A program made the translations under genes and the position numbers. A stretch of 64,000 bases of DNA from a virus: positions 1 to 64,000 of the IMG/VR virus record IMGVR_UViG_3300034374_012521. The stretch is one strand, 5' to 3'. Every line of letters starts with the position of its first letter. Position 1 is the first letter of the stretch. Below, one piece after another: positions 45,697-55,850 of this stretch. The notes below the pieces were generated by a model. It saw only the letters and a program-made list of their open reading frames with translations. It was not told the DNA's origin and did no database searches.

Positions 45697-46017
45697 CTAA
45701 ATTAAAATGGTCTGTACCATATCTGGTTGTGTCCGGTATGTAATTTGGGGATTTGGAGACATAATAACAGATATCCCATCTGAGAGGTTATGAAGGCTAG
45801 ATATGTAATTCATTACGTCGTCCCTTTTCTCTGGTGGAAACTTGTATGTTGACATTACATCATCAACTATCTTATCCAATGAATTTTCAAATTCTGCAGG
45901 ATCGTGGAACTTAAAATACTTCTCATATTTCTTAACAAAATCCCTAATCATAGCCTGCTCTGGTTGGGTTAAGGATAGGTCAGACATAAAGTCGTCAAAC
46001 TCTCTAATTAATCTCAT
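45697..46017 (-). CDS. hypothetical protein with N-terminal MRLIREFDDF motif
   Basis: Downstream of the palindromic ATATAT motif. Confidence 0.6.
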   Translation of the reverse strand: MRLIREFDDFMSDLSLTQPEQAMIRDFVKKYEKYFKFHDPAEFENSLDKIVDDVMSTYKFPPEKRDDVMNYISSLHNLSDGISVIMSPNPQITYRTQPDMVQTILI

Positions 46018-46042
46018 AGCCGAAACACTTATTGTTTTACCT

Positions 46043-46052
46043 GATATATATT
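46043..46052. promoter_or_regulatory. possible bidirectional late-promoter motif between divergent genes
   Basis: GATATATATT reads RATATATA on both strands. Confidence 0.45.
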
Positions 46053-46076
46053 CAATAACACTAATTGATAATCGAA

Positions 46077-46424
46077 ATGTCTACAGAAGAAAGAGATACA
46101 CAAATTGAGGATCAAGTTGATTTCACACAAGAACAATCACCCGAACAGGAAGAACTTACACCAGAGGTAAATGATTTTGATGAAACTGGCGGAGAGGAAA
46201 CAGGATCTGAAATGCCTGAAATTCCTACAGATTCTACAGAAACTTCGGAGCTACCACAAATAGACCAGGCAGATTCTATTGAACAGACGGAGGAACCACA
46301 TACACCACCAGTCCAAGAAACCCCAATTGAAATCAGTCCGGAACAGCCAATTCAGCAATCACAAGAAACCTCATCACCCGGTAGAGTAATGAGGTTTGAG
46401 GATTTCGTTAATAACAGGGATTAA
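46077..46424 (+). CDS. acidic low-complexity protein
   Basis: E/T/P/Q-rich; C-terminal RVMRFEDF. Confidence 0.6.
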   Translation: MSTEERDTQIEDQVDFTQEQSPEQEELTPEVNDFDETGGEETGSEMPEIPTDSTETSELPQIDQADSIEQTEEPHTPPVQETPIEISPEQPIQQSQETSSPGRVMRFEDFVNNRD

Positions 46425-46600
46425 TCTTTTTCAGACCTACCTAGGTCTCTTCTTATTAAACCCCTCACGTAATGTGATATTGAAACCGGAGGTTCTCCGG
46501 AGGTTAAAGCTTTCTTAGAAATCTTTTTACTAAGTTCTTCCAGGTCTTCTGTTGATAACAGGACCTGGATTTTTTCTGTTTTATCTTCTCCTTTTGCCAT
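46421..46600 (-). CDS. putative ribbon-helix-helix DNA-binding protein (59 aa, below ORF-track cutoff)
   Basis: MAKGEDKTEKIQVLLSTEDLEELSKK...SISHYVRGLIRRDL; TATATA motif upstream. Confidence 0.6.
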   Translation of the reverse strand: MAKGEDKTEKIQVLLSTEDLEELSKKISKKALTSGEPPVSISHYVRGLIRRDLGRSEKD

Positions 46601-46628
46601 AGTTGGAATTTATTTCTACTTTATATAT

Positions 46629-48122
46629 TTAATCCTCTTGATCGGAAATCTCCATAAATTCAATTCCGCCGTAAGGATCTCCTTTAGCTGCCATTGGTGA
46701 ATAGTCATTTATACTGTCAGAAACTACAAATGCTTTATGAGGGTTAACCATTACACCAAGTTTTTTCATAAGGGGTCTATTTGCTAAGAAAGGGGTACTT
46801 TTTGAAATCCTGTCGCTTGGAGCAACCTTAACTCCAGGAATCTTAACCCCGTTAAAAACAATATCCATTTTTACAATAGGTCTTACCTCTGTATCCCTGC
46901 CGATCTCGGTTTTGGTACGTCCAACAATTTTACCGCCCATTACGCTATCACCAATCTTCCAGGTGAGGTTATCACCATCCTCGGTTATTTCATCAGCATG
47001 AATTGACGAAGCAGACGATCCGTTACCCGTATCGAATTTAGCTACCATCTTACCGACCTGCGGGATCTCAATGGTTTCTAAGTAACCGACTTCGAGTTTA
47101 GCTTGGGACCAATTATCTTTTTTCAAAATGTAATTAATAACATCATCAACAATAGGTTTTCCTATTGCTTGTGAAATACCGTCTGTTCCAGGAGACGAGT
47201 TTACTTCTAAGATGTATGGTTTGTTGGTTTTAGAATCTATCATAATATCAACGCCACACCAGTGACACGAAACAGCATTTGCAGCTTCGCAAGCTATTTT
47301 TTCAATCTCCTCTGTTAATTCATATGAAGAAACTTCACCGCCTAAAGTATAATTAGTTCTGAAGTCCTTCTCAACTGCTTCTCTTTTCATTGCCCCAAGT
47401 ACCTCACAGTTTTCAGCACCAGGATTTAAGGGATCAAATTTCTTTACGATTACTTGAACCCTAACATCAAAGTTCGAATCTATCTTCTCCTGTAAAAGGA
47501 TTTCTCCATCAGGATCAAGCTTCTCGATAGTTTGGTAAACTGATTTAAGAGAAGCATATGAATCAACAATAGAAACCCCAATTCCTTGTGCTCCAGAAAG
47601 AAGTTTCATAACAACCGGGAATTCACCCCCGACTTCTTCTAATGCCCTATCAAGACCTTCTATTCCATTAACCAGAGAATATCTTGGGATTGGAAGTCCT
47701 TCTTCCTCCAGAACCTTTGAGGTAAGGTATTTACTTTCACAAATTTCAATGGATTCCAAAGTGTTGACACAAAAGTATCTAGCAGCTTCTAGATCTCTCA
47801 TTATCTGCTTAGTGTAAGAGTTTGTAATTACCCCTCTTCTAGGAATTATAGCAGTAGTCTCAGGTTTAATTAAGATCTCTTTAGTCTCGTCACCATCAGA
47901 AAATTTAACAATGTGTCCGTTGTATATTTTTTCCAACACCACATTGTTGACATTTACCACGTTACACGGTATGCCCATTTTTCCACATTCTTCAAGAAAA
48001 GATTTTGCAGTTTTGCTGGGCTTAGTCTCCCCGCTTAAAATAAGGATGTCAACCGTCCCGTTATCATTAGCTTCGTTAAGAAAAGATTCGAAATTAAGAG
48101 CAGGGGTTACCTTCTTCATCAA
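46629..48122 (-). CDS. RimK-family ATP-grasp ligase fused to a RimK-associated aspartyl-protease-like domain
   Basis: FPVVMK...G.QGIGV, LLQE, DVRV, FRTN...GG, GVDI, LEVNSSPG; C-terminal AKFDTGN....IHA. Confidence 0.88.
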   Translation of the reverse strand: MMKKVTPALNFESFLNEANDNGTVDILILSGETKPSKTAKSFLEECGKMGIPCNVVNVNNVVLEKIYNGHIVKFSDGDETKEILIKPETTAIIPRRGVITNSYTKQIMRDLEAARYFCVNTLESIEICESKYLTSKVLEEEGLPIPRYSLVNGIEGLDRALEEVGGEFPVVMKLLSGAQGIGVSIVDSYASLKSVYQTIEKLDPDGEILLQEKIDSNFDVRVQVIVKKFDPLNPGAENCEVLGAMKREAVEKDFRTNYTLGGEVSSYELTEEIEKIACEAANAVSCHWCGVDIMIDSKTNKPYILEVNSSPGTDGISQAIGKPIVDDVINYILKKDNWSQAKLEVGYLETIEIPQVGKMVAKFDTGNGSSASSIHADEITEDGDNLTWKIGDSVMGGKIVGRTKTEIGRDTEVRPIVKMDIVFNGVKIPGVKVAPSDRISKSTPFLANRPLMKKLGVMVNPHKAFVVSDSINDYSPMAAKGDPYGGIEFMEISDQED

Positions 48123-48137
48123 GACAAATAATTTATC

Positions 48138-49253
48138 CTATATATCCTCAGAGATCTTTCTTATTTCCCTCTTGGATCTTGCTAATGCACTACCTATAAC
48201 ATGGTGCATATCATAGTACTTATACTCTGCTAAACGCCCTCCAAAAATATATTTGTCTGAAATCTGTTCAGCAAGTTTTTTATACCTACCATATATCTCC
48301 TTGTTTTTGTCGTCAGAGACTGGATAGAATCTTTCCTTACCAACCTCCCACTCTGCTGGATATTCCTTAGTAATAACAGTTTTATCTGTCTTAGTCCAAT
48401 CAAAGTGCTTGTGCTCACATATTCTAGTCCAAGGTATTTCAGCCTCCGTATAGTTCACAATTGCATTGCCCTGATAATCCTCTATATCCAACACCGATGT
48501 TTCAAAGTCTAGACTTCTGTATTCTAGCACCCCCTCGGAGAATTCAAAAAATTCATCTATGGGGCCGGTAAAAACTATCTTATGTGCCTGGGATTCCCAG
48601 TATTCTCTTTCCTGGAGGAAATCCACACCAAACCTTACTTCAACGTCTCCTTGAATGTTCTCTATCATCTTGGTATATCCACCTATAGGAATTCCCTGAT
48701 ATCGATCAAAGAAATAATTCTCGTCGTAGGTTAATCTGATTGGAAGTCTCCTGATTATAAATGATGGAAGTTCCTTAGGATCCCTGCCCCATTGCTTTGT
48801 TGTATATCCTTTTATGAATGTTTCATAAATTTCCTCACCAACCTCATTTAAAACCCATTCTTCAAGATTGGATGGGTTCTTGATTTTTACCTTTACCTCA
48901 TCGAGTTTTTTTCTGGCTTCCTCTGGGGTTGATACACCAAATAGCTGGTGAAGTGTCATTAGGTTTATTGGGAATGAATACATTCTATTCCCATGCCTTA
49001 CCTTGGGTTTGTTTACGTAATTGTTGAACTCTGCAAATCTGTTTACGTATTCCCAAATACCCTTGTCCGAGGTATGAAAAATGTGTGGGCCGTATTTGTG
49101 GACCTCTATTCCCTCAACATTCTCTGTGTAGCAATTTCCACCATTGTGGTCTCTCCTTTCGAGGATAATGCATTTCTTGCCTGCCTCAGTTGCTTGTTGT
49201 GCAAATACACTACCGAAGAGACCTGATCCAACAATAATATAATCGAAGGTCAT
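48138..49253 (-). CDS. glf: UDP-galactopyranose mutase
   Basis: IVGSGLFG, GGNCY, HKYGPHIFHT, YQGIP..GYT, GRLAEYKYYDMH. Confidence 0.95.
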   Translation of the reverse strand: MTFDYIIVGSGLFGSVFAQQATEAGKKCIILERRDHNGGNCYTENVEGIEVHKYGPHIFHTSDKGIWEYVNRFAEFNNYVNKPKVRHGNRMYSFPINLMTLHQLFGVSTPEEARKKLDEVKVKIKNPSNLEEWVLNEVGEEIYETFIKGYTTKQWGRDPKELPSFIIRRLPIRLTYDENYFFDRYQGIPIGGYTKMIENIQGDVEVRFGVDFLQEREYWESQAHKIVFTGPIDEFFEFSEGVLEYRSLDFETSVLDIEDYQGNAIVNYTEAEIPWTRICEHKHFDWTKTDKTVITKEYPAEWEVGKERFYPVSDDKNKEIYGRYKKLAEQISDKYIFGGRLAEYKYYDMHHVIGSALARSKREIRKISEDI

Positions 49254-49254
49254 A

Positions 49255-49788
49255 TTAAATTTCCTCGTCGCTTCTTATCCCCCAAAAATAGAGATCGTTT
49301 GGGTCCTCGTTTGTTGAAAACCCAAATTGGGAAAACATCCTACTCAGGGGTAGATGATTGGTAAAATCATTTACGTTTAAATTCCGATAATAATCAGTAG
49401 TAAATGGACTATCCCAAGGGTTAGACCTATTAGTCCCATGCTCTGGTCTGCCGTCCCGGGCACAGCTAAACGTAACCAAACCACCAGGCTTAGTTAGCCT
49501 TACCATTTGGGTAAAAGTCAAAGACCAAAACTCGTCGTGCTCAAAACACTCACTTGAAATTGAAACATCAAACTTTTTACCAGGATTAAATAGATGTCCC
49601 TTTGATACAACATCCACGTTGTTACCCTCTCCGATATCAACGCCTATATAATTGGAATTGCTGAAAAGGTATCTATTATTTCCGTTTAGATCCATAGATC
49701 CGATATCAACTACATCAACATTATCAAATTTATCGGGGAAGTTCTTTCTTACACCAATAAAAAAATCAATTTGTTCTTTATGAGCCAT
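49255..49788 (-). CDS. class I SAM-dependent methyltransferase
   Basis: DIGS.D.NG, GVDI..G.NVD, ECFEHD, KPGG. Confidence 0.85.
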   Translation of the reverse strand: MAHKEQIDFFIGVRKNFPDKFDNVDVVDIGSMDLNGNNRYLFSNSNYIGVDIGEGNNVDVVSKGHLFNPGKKFDVSISSECFEHDEFWSLTFTQMVRLTKPGGLVTFSCARDGRPEHGTNRSNPWDSPFTTDYYRNLNVNDFTNHLPLSRMFSQFGFSTNEDPNDLYFWGIRSDEEI

Positions 49789-49791
49789 TCT

Positions 49792-50553
49792 TTAATTTTT
49801 TCTATAGAAGGTTAGTGCCAATAAATCCTCAATATCATTTTTATTGGCATTATCAAATTCATCCCAGGTACGGTAATACTCTGGGCTTCCCTGCTGTAAA
49901 TCTGATCTTCCTCTATCGATCTTTTTCCGATATTCATCCCGGGTCTTAGAGAAATAGTGATTTATCTGTGCTATTTCAGTATCCCCCCTTTGATTATAAG
50001 GACCTTCAGTTCTTAATCCCTCTGGTGAAATACCATCATAATAATAAAAGTGAGGATTAACAAAATATCCCGGTGATATCCCCGGGCTCATCTTTACTAT
50101 AGATTTGATTGTGTTCTCACACCCAATCTGCCTCTTTGTGAATCTTTCTAACACCCCGGTAGTTCCCTCTGGAAATTCAGATATCCCGTTATCACCAAAG
50201 AAAACCCAGTTTATTCCAATTTGATTTGTCTCGAATTGGTTAGATATATCAAATACAAAATCCTTAACACCCTGATGCTTTTTGAGAACCAAAAATTCAT
50301 CAACATCAAAAAAAGCTGCCCAATCGTATTGGTCTGAATGATTTTCTAGGAAATGCCGATAGGACTTCATGTGCATCCCATCTCCGTTAATTTCTATAGT
50401 TTTTACCCTCTCGTTGTTACTGGAATATTCCCAGTCGTTTAGATAAAGATGTATCTGGTCAAACCCAAGCTTGAGGTTGTATTCTATCCATTCCCCTATA
50501 TAGGGATCTTCGTCCTTTGCCATCGCGACAAGAGCTATTCTCATTCCAGCCAT
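49792..50553 (-). CDS. glycosyltransferase (GT2/GT92-like)
   Basis: AKDE..YI.EW..Y...LGF, WAAFFDVDEF, KSIV, INHY. Confidence 0.82.
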   Translation of the reverse strand: MAGMRIALVAMAKDEDPYIGEWIEYNLKLGFDQIHLYLNDWEYSSNNERVKTIEINGDGMHMKSYRHFLENHSDQYDWAAFFDVDEFLVLKKHQGVKDFVFDISNQFETNQIGINWVFFGDNGISEFPEGTTGVLERFTKRQIGCENTIKSIVKMSPGISPGYFVNPHFYYYDGISPEGLRTEGPYNQRGDTEIAQINHYFSKTRDEYRKKIDRGRSDLQQGSPEYYRTWDEFDNANKNDIEDLLALTFYRKN

Positions 50554-50557
50554 TCTT

Positions 50558-50839
50558 CTAATTTTTAACACTCATGCTTGGAGGAATCCCTGAAGAAAGA
50601 TGATCAACTTCCAAAGCGTCGTAGATTGACTTTAGACTTTTACATTTTTCAAACTCGTCTTCTAGTTCCAAGAAATCAATTAATTCACGTATTCTTTCGC
50701 ACTTAAATGCTGTTGAGAAATATTTATCCATAATAAAGGCAACTCTGTGCTTCATTATCATAGAATAATTCTCATACATGAATTCTCGATACTCTTCAAA
50801 CCCCTCGTCAAAGAGATGCTCTGTTAAGGGATCTATCAT
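50558..50839 (-). CDS. small UVR-motif-like protein
   Basis: FLELEDEFEKCKSL motif. Confidence 0.5.
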   Translation of the reverse strand: MIDPLTEHLFDEGFEEYREFMYENYSMIMKHRVAFIMDKYFSTAFKCERIRELIDFLELEDEFEKCKSLKSIYDALEVDHLSSGIPPSMSVKN

Positions 50840-51237
50840 TCCTTATCGATATTTCTAAGTCTTAACCAGTTCTTGATACTCAATATAGCGGTGGTTAGAA
50901 TAACCATACCTCCAATAAAGAATAAACCGTCGAATTCATTATAATCAGACATAAGATATGTGAGTTCGACCAAACCAATCATATAGCCAAACCACATTAT
51001 CAACCATATAATATCAGGGATTCTTTTAACTTTCTTTTCGACCTTTTCTACTTTTTCATCATGAACCACTCTTGATAGGGCATCCTGTAGGTCCTTACCA
51101 TAGGCAGGTACCTTACTTATTTTGCCATCTTCTGATAATATGGTTACCTCATATTTAAGCCACTCTGGAAAGGACTCTGAGGTTTTTCTATATTCTGCGT
51201 GAATTGCTTTCTTTTTATTTTTCTTTTTCTTTTTCAT
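50836..51237 (-). CDS. membrane protein with two C-terminal TM helices
   Basis: PAYGKDLQDAL plus two hydrophobic segments. Confidence 0.6.
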   Translation of the reverse strand: MKKKKKNKKKAIHAEYRKTSESFPEWLKYEVTILSEDGKISKVPAYGKDLQDALSRVVHDEKVEKVEKKVKRIPDIIWLIMWFGYMIGLVELTYLMSDYNEFDGLFFIGGMVILTTAILSIKNWLRLRNIDKE

Positions 51238-51403
51238 GGTATTTTTGGTCTAATGATTTGAGATATTCGAGAGATTCTGATGAACCTATAAGTGCATCCG
51301 GTGAATAAAGGTAAACACGTAGGAACGTTCGATCATCCTCATATCTTTCTCTAATTGCTTTTAGAGAGGAGAGGTCCGGTAAAAATTTCTTATTAAATCC
51401 CAT
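51215..51403 (-). CDS. hypothetical protein
   Basis: 62-aa ORF coupled to the polymerase gene. Confidence 0.55.
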   Translation of the reverse strand: MGFNKKFLPDLSSLKAIRERYEDDRTFLRVYLYSPDALIGSSESLEYLKSLDQKYHEKEKEK

Positions 51404-52549
51404 TTAGAATAGTGTGTTAATCATAAAGAGGTTGGGTGATATTGGATTGTGCCCCATCACCTCTATGAATCGGTTGATTGGGTCTAAGATTGTTTTGGTA
51501 AACTGCTGATCAAAATCTATAGGGGGTGCAAATTCATAAGGGTGTGTTCCTTGAGAATAAGCAAAAACGTTATTGTCACCTGGATTTTTAACCTTAACAA
51601 AATAAAATCTTACTTTTTCTCCTCCTCCAATAAGTGGATACTTGTCCTTGTACTTAGTTGAATTTAGCAAGAAGTTGTGATAAGCAGATGCTCTAACATG
51701 AATTGGGCAGCCTTTGGCAACCTCGAGTGCAGTAGTATCGTTTAAAACAAACTTTTGGTAATTGTTGACGTTCACGGCAACCGAGATGTTTTCAGGTTCC
51801 TGTGCTTTGAAGTCTTTTTTGATAGCCTTTAATTCCTGAACAAACTCCCTAAGTTCAAACCCACCACCTTTGCTAAAAATAAACTTAGTCAAGTAAATAA
51901 GCTTTTCCCTTACAAAAGATGGGGTTCCACCTTTTACCATCTCAACCCCAGTGGTTTTAATTGAGCTTAGAGGCTCTGAATGTACACCATCAGAATAAAC
52001 AATGTTCGTAACATACTTTTTCTTACCAAGGAAAATACCGTTGATCGAAAGGGTTTCCATCTCAAAATCTTGATAATTATCTGTGCCCCATTTTTCAGCA
52101 TAGATATCAAAACACTTTTTGAGATATCCAACCAACCGGTGTTCGTTAATTGCAAGAATTAAATCCTTATCATTACCCTTCCAGCCTTCACAGGAAGCAA
52201 CTACCTCCTGGAAAGTAACATAGTTAGAATCTGTATCCCCATACACCACCATTGGTTTGTGTATCTTTTTGACGTTAGTAAGACCGAGCTTGTCGTGTAA
52301 CTCTTTGTCTTTGTGCCAAAATTCGTGGAAGTACTTATGCAAAATTTTCTCTGAGTGCTTGATCAAATCCTGCCCCTGCAAAGTCACAGCCTCAGCAACC
52401 TCAGGATTGAAGCAGACGAACCAACTATTACCAATCGCTCCGTAGATGGAGTTCATAGTTAACTTAATAGCTTGTTCTTCGTTTTTGAGCTCGTTTTTTA
52501 AAGCAGTGAGCTTTTCAATTTTTTCCTTAAGGTCTTGTACTTCAGACAT
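51404..52549 (-). CDS. family B DNA polymerase, C-terminal subunit (split gene)
   Basis: Motif B KLTMNSIYG, T.QGQ, motif C YGDTDS, KKKY; no exonuclease domain or motif A. Confidence 0.9.
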   Translation of the reverse strand: MSEVQDLKEKIEKLTALKNELKNEEQAIKLTMNSIYGAIGNSWFVCFNPEVAEAVTLQGQDLIKHSEKILHKYFHEFWHKDKELHDKLGLTNVKKIHKPMVVYGDTDSNYVTFQEVVASCEGWKGNDKDLILAINEHRLVGYLKKCFDIYAEKWGTDNYQDFEMETLSINGIFLGKKKYVTNIVYSDGVHSEPLSSIKTTGVEMVKGGTPSFVREKLIYLTKFIFSKGGGFELREFVQELKAIKKDFKAQEPENISVAVNVNNYQKFVLNDTTALEVAKGCPIHVRASAYHNFLLNSTKYKDKYPLIGGGEKVRFYFVKVKNPGDNNVFAYSQGTHPYEFAPPIDFDQQFTKTILDPINRFIEVMGHNPISPNLFMINTLF

Positions 52550-52551
52550 TT

Positions 52552-53313
52552 TTATTTTTCTATAATTCCTACTGCAGTTGAAGTGTCTGTTTGCTCAGAG
52601 AAGAAAACAATTCTATTTTCGTGAACATAACAGGAGGAGGACTCAGCATCTACGTAATTAAGATGAGATTTATAGATAGAAGACTCGAGTGGATCTTGGA
52701 CCTCAATCTCGGATGGGCCTATGTTTAATTTATAATCGAATGAATCCCCGTTAATTTTTACCTGCTCTTTATTAACTCGATACACAAGCAATTCTTCGGA
52801 ATTAGATTCCAATCCACAAAGAGACATTACGGACGAAAAATCGGAATTATAAATCTTGAAGTTAGATAATGCATCTTCTTGGGAATGAACCATGCTCAAA
52901 ATAGTATCTTCTACATAAGAAAGCAAGGATAGGTCTGCACATCTTATTTTGATTTTCAAGGAAGGAGAAACGACTTGCATTTCAGAGGCAACACATTCAC
53001 CATCTACCTCATTAATATTTAGATCCAAATGTATATCTTCTTCAGGGCGGAAGTGCTTGAAGCAATCCATCAGTTTGGTAACATCAATTAAACCAATCTT
53101 AATACGATCACATCCTAGATCATCAAACCCAGGTACATCTTCGAAAACTTGACTGATATCAACAGACGAGTATTTCATTACTGATTTATCAGGAGTGTGG
53201 ACCTTACAGAACAACTTTTCCTCATTTAGCTCTAAAAGAACACTCTTATCAACAACCTTTAGCTTCTTGAGGAAAGCTATTAGATTATTCGTGCTTGTAA
53301 CCCTAATCTTCAT
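52552..53313 (-). CDS. probable DNA polymerase sliding clamp (gp45-like)
   Basis: 253-aa acidic beta-rich protein directly upstream of polB; inferred from size and context. Confidence 0.5.
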   Translation of the reverse strand: MKIRVTSTNNLIAFLKKLKVVDKSVLLELNEEKLFCKVHTPDKSVMKYSSVDISQVFEDVPGFDDLGCDRIKIGLIDVTKLMDCFKHFRPEEDIHLDLNINEVDGECVASEMQVVSPSLKIKIRCADLSLLSYVEDTILSMVHSQEDALSNFKIYNSDFSSVMSLCGLESNSEELLVYRVNKEQVKINGDSFDYKLNIGPSEIEVQDPLESSIYKSHLNYVDAESSSCYVHENRIVFFSEQTDTSTAVGIIEK

Positions 53314-53372
53314 TTCTTACGTTTTAACTTTATTCTTCTATAGAGATAAAACGAATTGTTTTCGTCTATCAC

Positions 53373-53402
53373 AAAAAAAATCCTAGCGTTTAGCTAGGAT
53401 TT
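53373..53402 (-). terminator. intrinsic terminator
   Basis: AAAUCCUAGC/GCUAGGAUUU hairpin + U-run. Confidence 0.8.
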
Positions 53403-53424
53403 CTAAATGTCTATCTAGAATAAC

Positions 53425-54405
53425 CTACATGGTAGATTTTATTGTATCTATGATAATTCTCTTGTCCACCGGATTAAGGGTTTTAGCCCATTTTCTAACG
53501 CTTTGTACATCGGTTGGGTAAGTTTGGGAATCTCCGCTAAAGTCTGATTTTCCCTCTTTATCATCACTATCAGATTGGCTTAAGGAGCCACTCTGTTTGG
53601 ATTTTTCAGCGTCAAAAGCTTTATCGGCAAAAGAATTAAGGTCCTTAACCACCCTATCTACGCCTTGTTTAGCTTCTTTAGAAATATCCTTGGTGGGGAT
53701 TTTATCTAAATTCCCCTTAATGTCCTCTTTCTTACCAATACCAAAATCGATTTTAGATCCATTAATATTGCTATTAAGGTCACTTGCCAAAGCAAGTATT
53801 AGATCATTATTTAGGGTTACCTTTTCGTTGTTGAATAGTTGGGAAAATCCATTACCAATCATTTCATAAAAAAGCTTAACCTGATCTCCAATGTCTTTTT
53901 TATACCCAGCATACGAGCTAGAGTCTGAAAGGGTATCTCCCAGACCCGACATAACTTCATCATAAGTTGTGTCTTGATCTAGGATAGTAAATTTTGATAT
54001 TAAACCTCTTTCAATCTTACTAAATTCGTTCCATACTTGAGGCCAAGCTTCTTTCCAGAATGACTCTGGAGAAGCACTTTTATTTTCTATTACATTTTTA
54101 CCTTCGAACTCAACAGTAGGTAAAATATATGCTATTAGGGTTGGTAAAACCTTTTTTGAAATTCGATTGAAAGCCGCGTTAAAAATCGCACGGTCAGATT
54201 TTTTTTCGATATTTCCTGAAGAAATCTCTTTAATGTTTTCAAGCCATGCATCAACTAAAGAAATAGCAATATCATACGGTTTGATGGATTCACCATTAAT
54301 CTCAATCTCCTTATCTAAGGGTAAGCCAGATCCGGACCAATTAACATTTAATGCTTCGTCAAGGGAAAGAAAGTACCTTTTAGAAAAGCTATGTATGTTT
54401 TCCAT
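53425..54405 (-). CDS. hypothetical protein (putative late/virion)
   Basis: MENIHSF...LDEA N-terminus; GATATATAA upstream. Confidence 0.6.
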   Translation of the reverse strand: MENIHSFSKRYFLSLDEALNVNWSGSGLPLDKEIEINGESIKPYDIAISLVDAWLENIKEISSGNIEKKSDRAIFNAAFNRISKKVLPTLIAYILPTVEFEGKNVIENKSASPESFWKEAWPQVWNEFSKIERGLISKFTILDQDTTYDEVMSGLGDTLSDSSSYAGYKKDIGDQVKLFYEMIGNGFSQLFNNEKVTLNNDLILALASDLNSNINGSKIDFGIGKKEDIKGNLDKIPTKDISKEAKQGVDRVVKDLNSFADKAFDAEKSKQSGSLSQSDSDDKEGKSDFSGDSQTYPTDVQSVRKWAKTLNPVDKRIIIDTIKSTM

Positions 54406-54421
54406 TAGGAAGATTTTTAGC

Positions 54422-55798
54422 TTATATATCTTCCTCGTCCTCCTCTTCTAGATCAAAAATCTCAATCTCGGGGTCAATAGAAATGCTCTTAGGTACTATT
54501 GATTTAGGAATAAGTGATGCAGATTTGTTTTTCTTTAAGGCATCAGTAACCTTTTTAACAATCTGTTTCTGCTTTGTGATTGCTTTTTTAGTTTCTTGGA
54601 TACGCTTTTTGATGTCCTTAATCATATTTTCGGTTTCCTTAATATGATCAGATGAAAGCTTCACTATCTGTATTTGAGAAAGTCTGGATGATATCCATTT
54701 AGCAAATTTATTGAGAAATTCTACAATCTCCTTATTTTGCCTTTTCTTTTGACTCATGAAGATAAGGAACTTAAGTTTTGCCTCGAGAAATTCCAGATCA
54801 AGCTTAAGGTCTACCTCATCCTTCATTAACCTCTTAAGTCGAACATTTTCTAAATGGACCTTAAAAGAATCTAGATATGACTTTACAGAATCGAACTGAG
54901 CTACAGAGCCATCTTTAATGAACACAACATTTTCCCTGACAACTATTTGGGTCTGTTTCTTAATGACATCCACTGCATCTTTAAATTCCTTTGGAGAAAC
55001 CTTTTTTAGTGATATGCCAATGTCACACTTACTTTGCGAGTTGTTTTGCATATAGTATTCATACCCATATGCTTCGAGTTTAGTCAGAAGTTTTTTCATG
55101 AAAGACTCGTACCTCATAATTGGAGGAAGATCGAATATCCTGATCGTCTTTTTCCTTTCATTTATTTCAAATCCACTCTCTATGATCCAGGAATCATCGG
55201 AATCTAGTTTATAGATTTTACCAGAAAAGTCTTTAAAATATGGTTTAAGAAGTTTGTTTTTCCCCTCCAAATATTCTACAATATCCTCAACCTTACGTGG
55301 CAAGATGTTGCTTCGATATCCTACAGCAATCCCTACTATGTGAGTTAAGAGACCAATTGGTATTTCCAAATGAAGCCAATCGTGACCACCTTCCTCATTT
55401 TTTTCATTAAGGTCTTTGTGCTTTTCTACAATATCCTTAATGTTCCTATTAATCTTAACTGCAGTGTATCTCGGGGCAGAAGGGTTAGGGTTAACAGGGG
55501 AACCGAAGAATCCATCACCCTCTAAAATTTCAAAGGAACAACCAAAGGGTCTAGCTAATTTGGAAATTGCACCAGCTAAAGAAGAATCTCCGTGATGGTA
55601 TAGACCAGTACGGATAACTTCCCCAACAAGCCCAATTGTCTTATTAAAAGAATTTGGACTGTTTTCAATAATGATCCTTTGTACTGGAGTTAAGGAATCA
55701 TAAAAGTTAGGAATTCCTCTTGATTGTAAGACATAAAGGGCATAATCCCTATATTTCTCATTTATCTGTTCTGTAATAGTTAATGTATTCGCCACCAA
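54422..55798 (-). CDS. type IIA DNA topoisomerase, A/cleavage subunit (gp52-like)
   Basis: RGIP..YDSL.PVQR, YHHGDSS, G.FG, SAPRYT, GIAVGY. Confidence 0.9.
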   Translation of the reverse strand: MVANTLTITEQINEKYRDYALYVLQSRGIPNFYDSLTPVQRIIIENSPNSFNKTIGLVGEVIRTGLYHHGDSSLAGAISKLARPFGCSFEILEGDGFFGSPVNPNPSAPRYTAVKINRNIKDIVEKHKDLNEKNEEGGHDWLHLEIPIGLLTHIVGIAVGYRSNILPRKVEDIVEYLEGKNKLLKPYFKDFSGKIYKLDSDDSWIIESGFEINERKKTIRIFDLPPIMRYESFMKKLLTKLEAYGYEYYMQNNSQSKCDIGISLKKVSPKEFKDAVDVIKKQTQIVVRENVVFIKDGSVAQFDSVKSYLDSFKVHLENVRLKRLMKDEVDLKLDLEFLEAKLKFLIFMSQKKRQNKEIVEFLNKFAKWISSRLSQIQIVKLSSDHIKETENMIKDIKKRIQETKKAITKQKQIVKKVTDALKKNKSASLIPKSIVPKSISIDPEIEIFDLEEEDEEDI

Positions 55799-55850
55799 TA
55801 ATTGATTTACGGTAGTTCTATAATACTGAGGAAAGTTTGTTTCTAATTAT

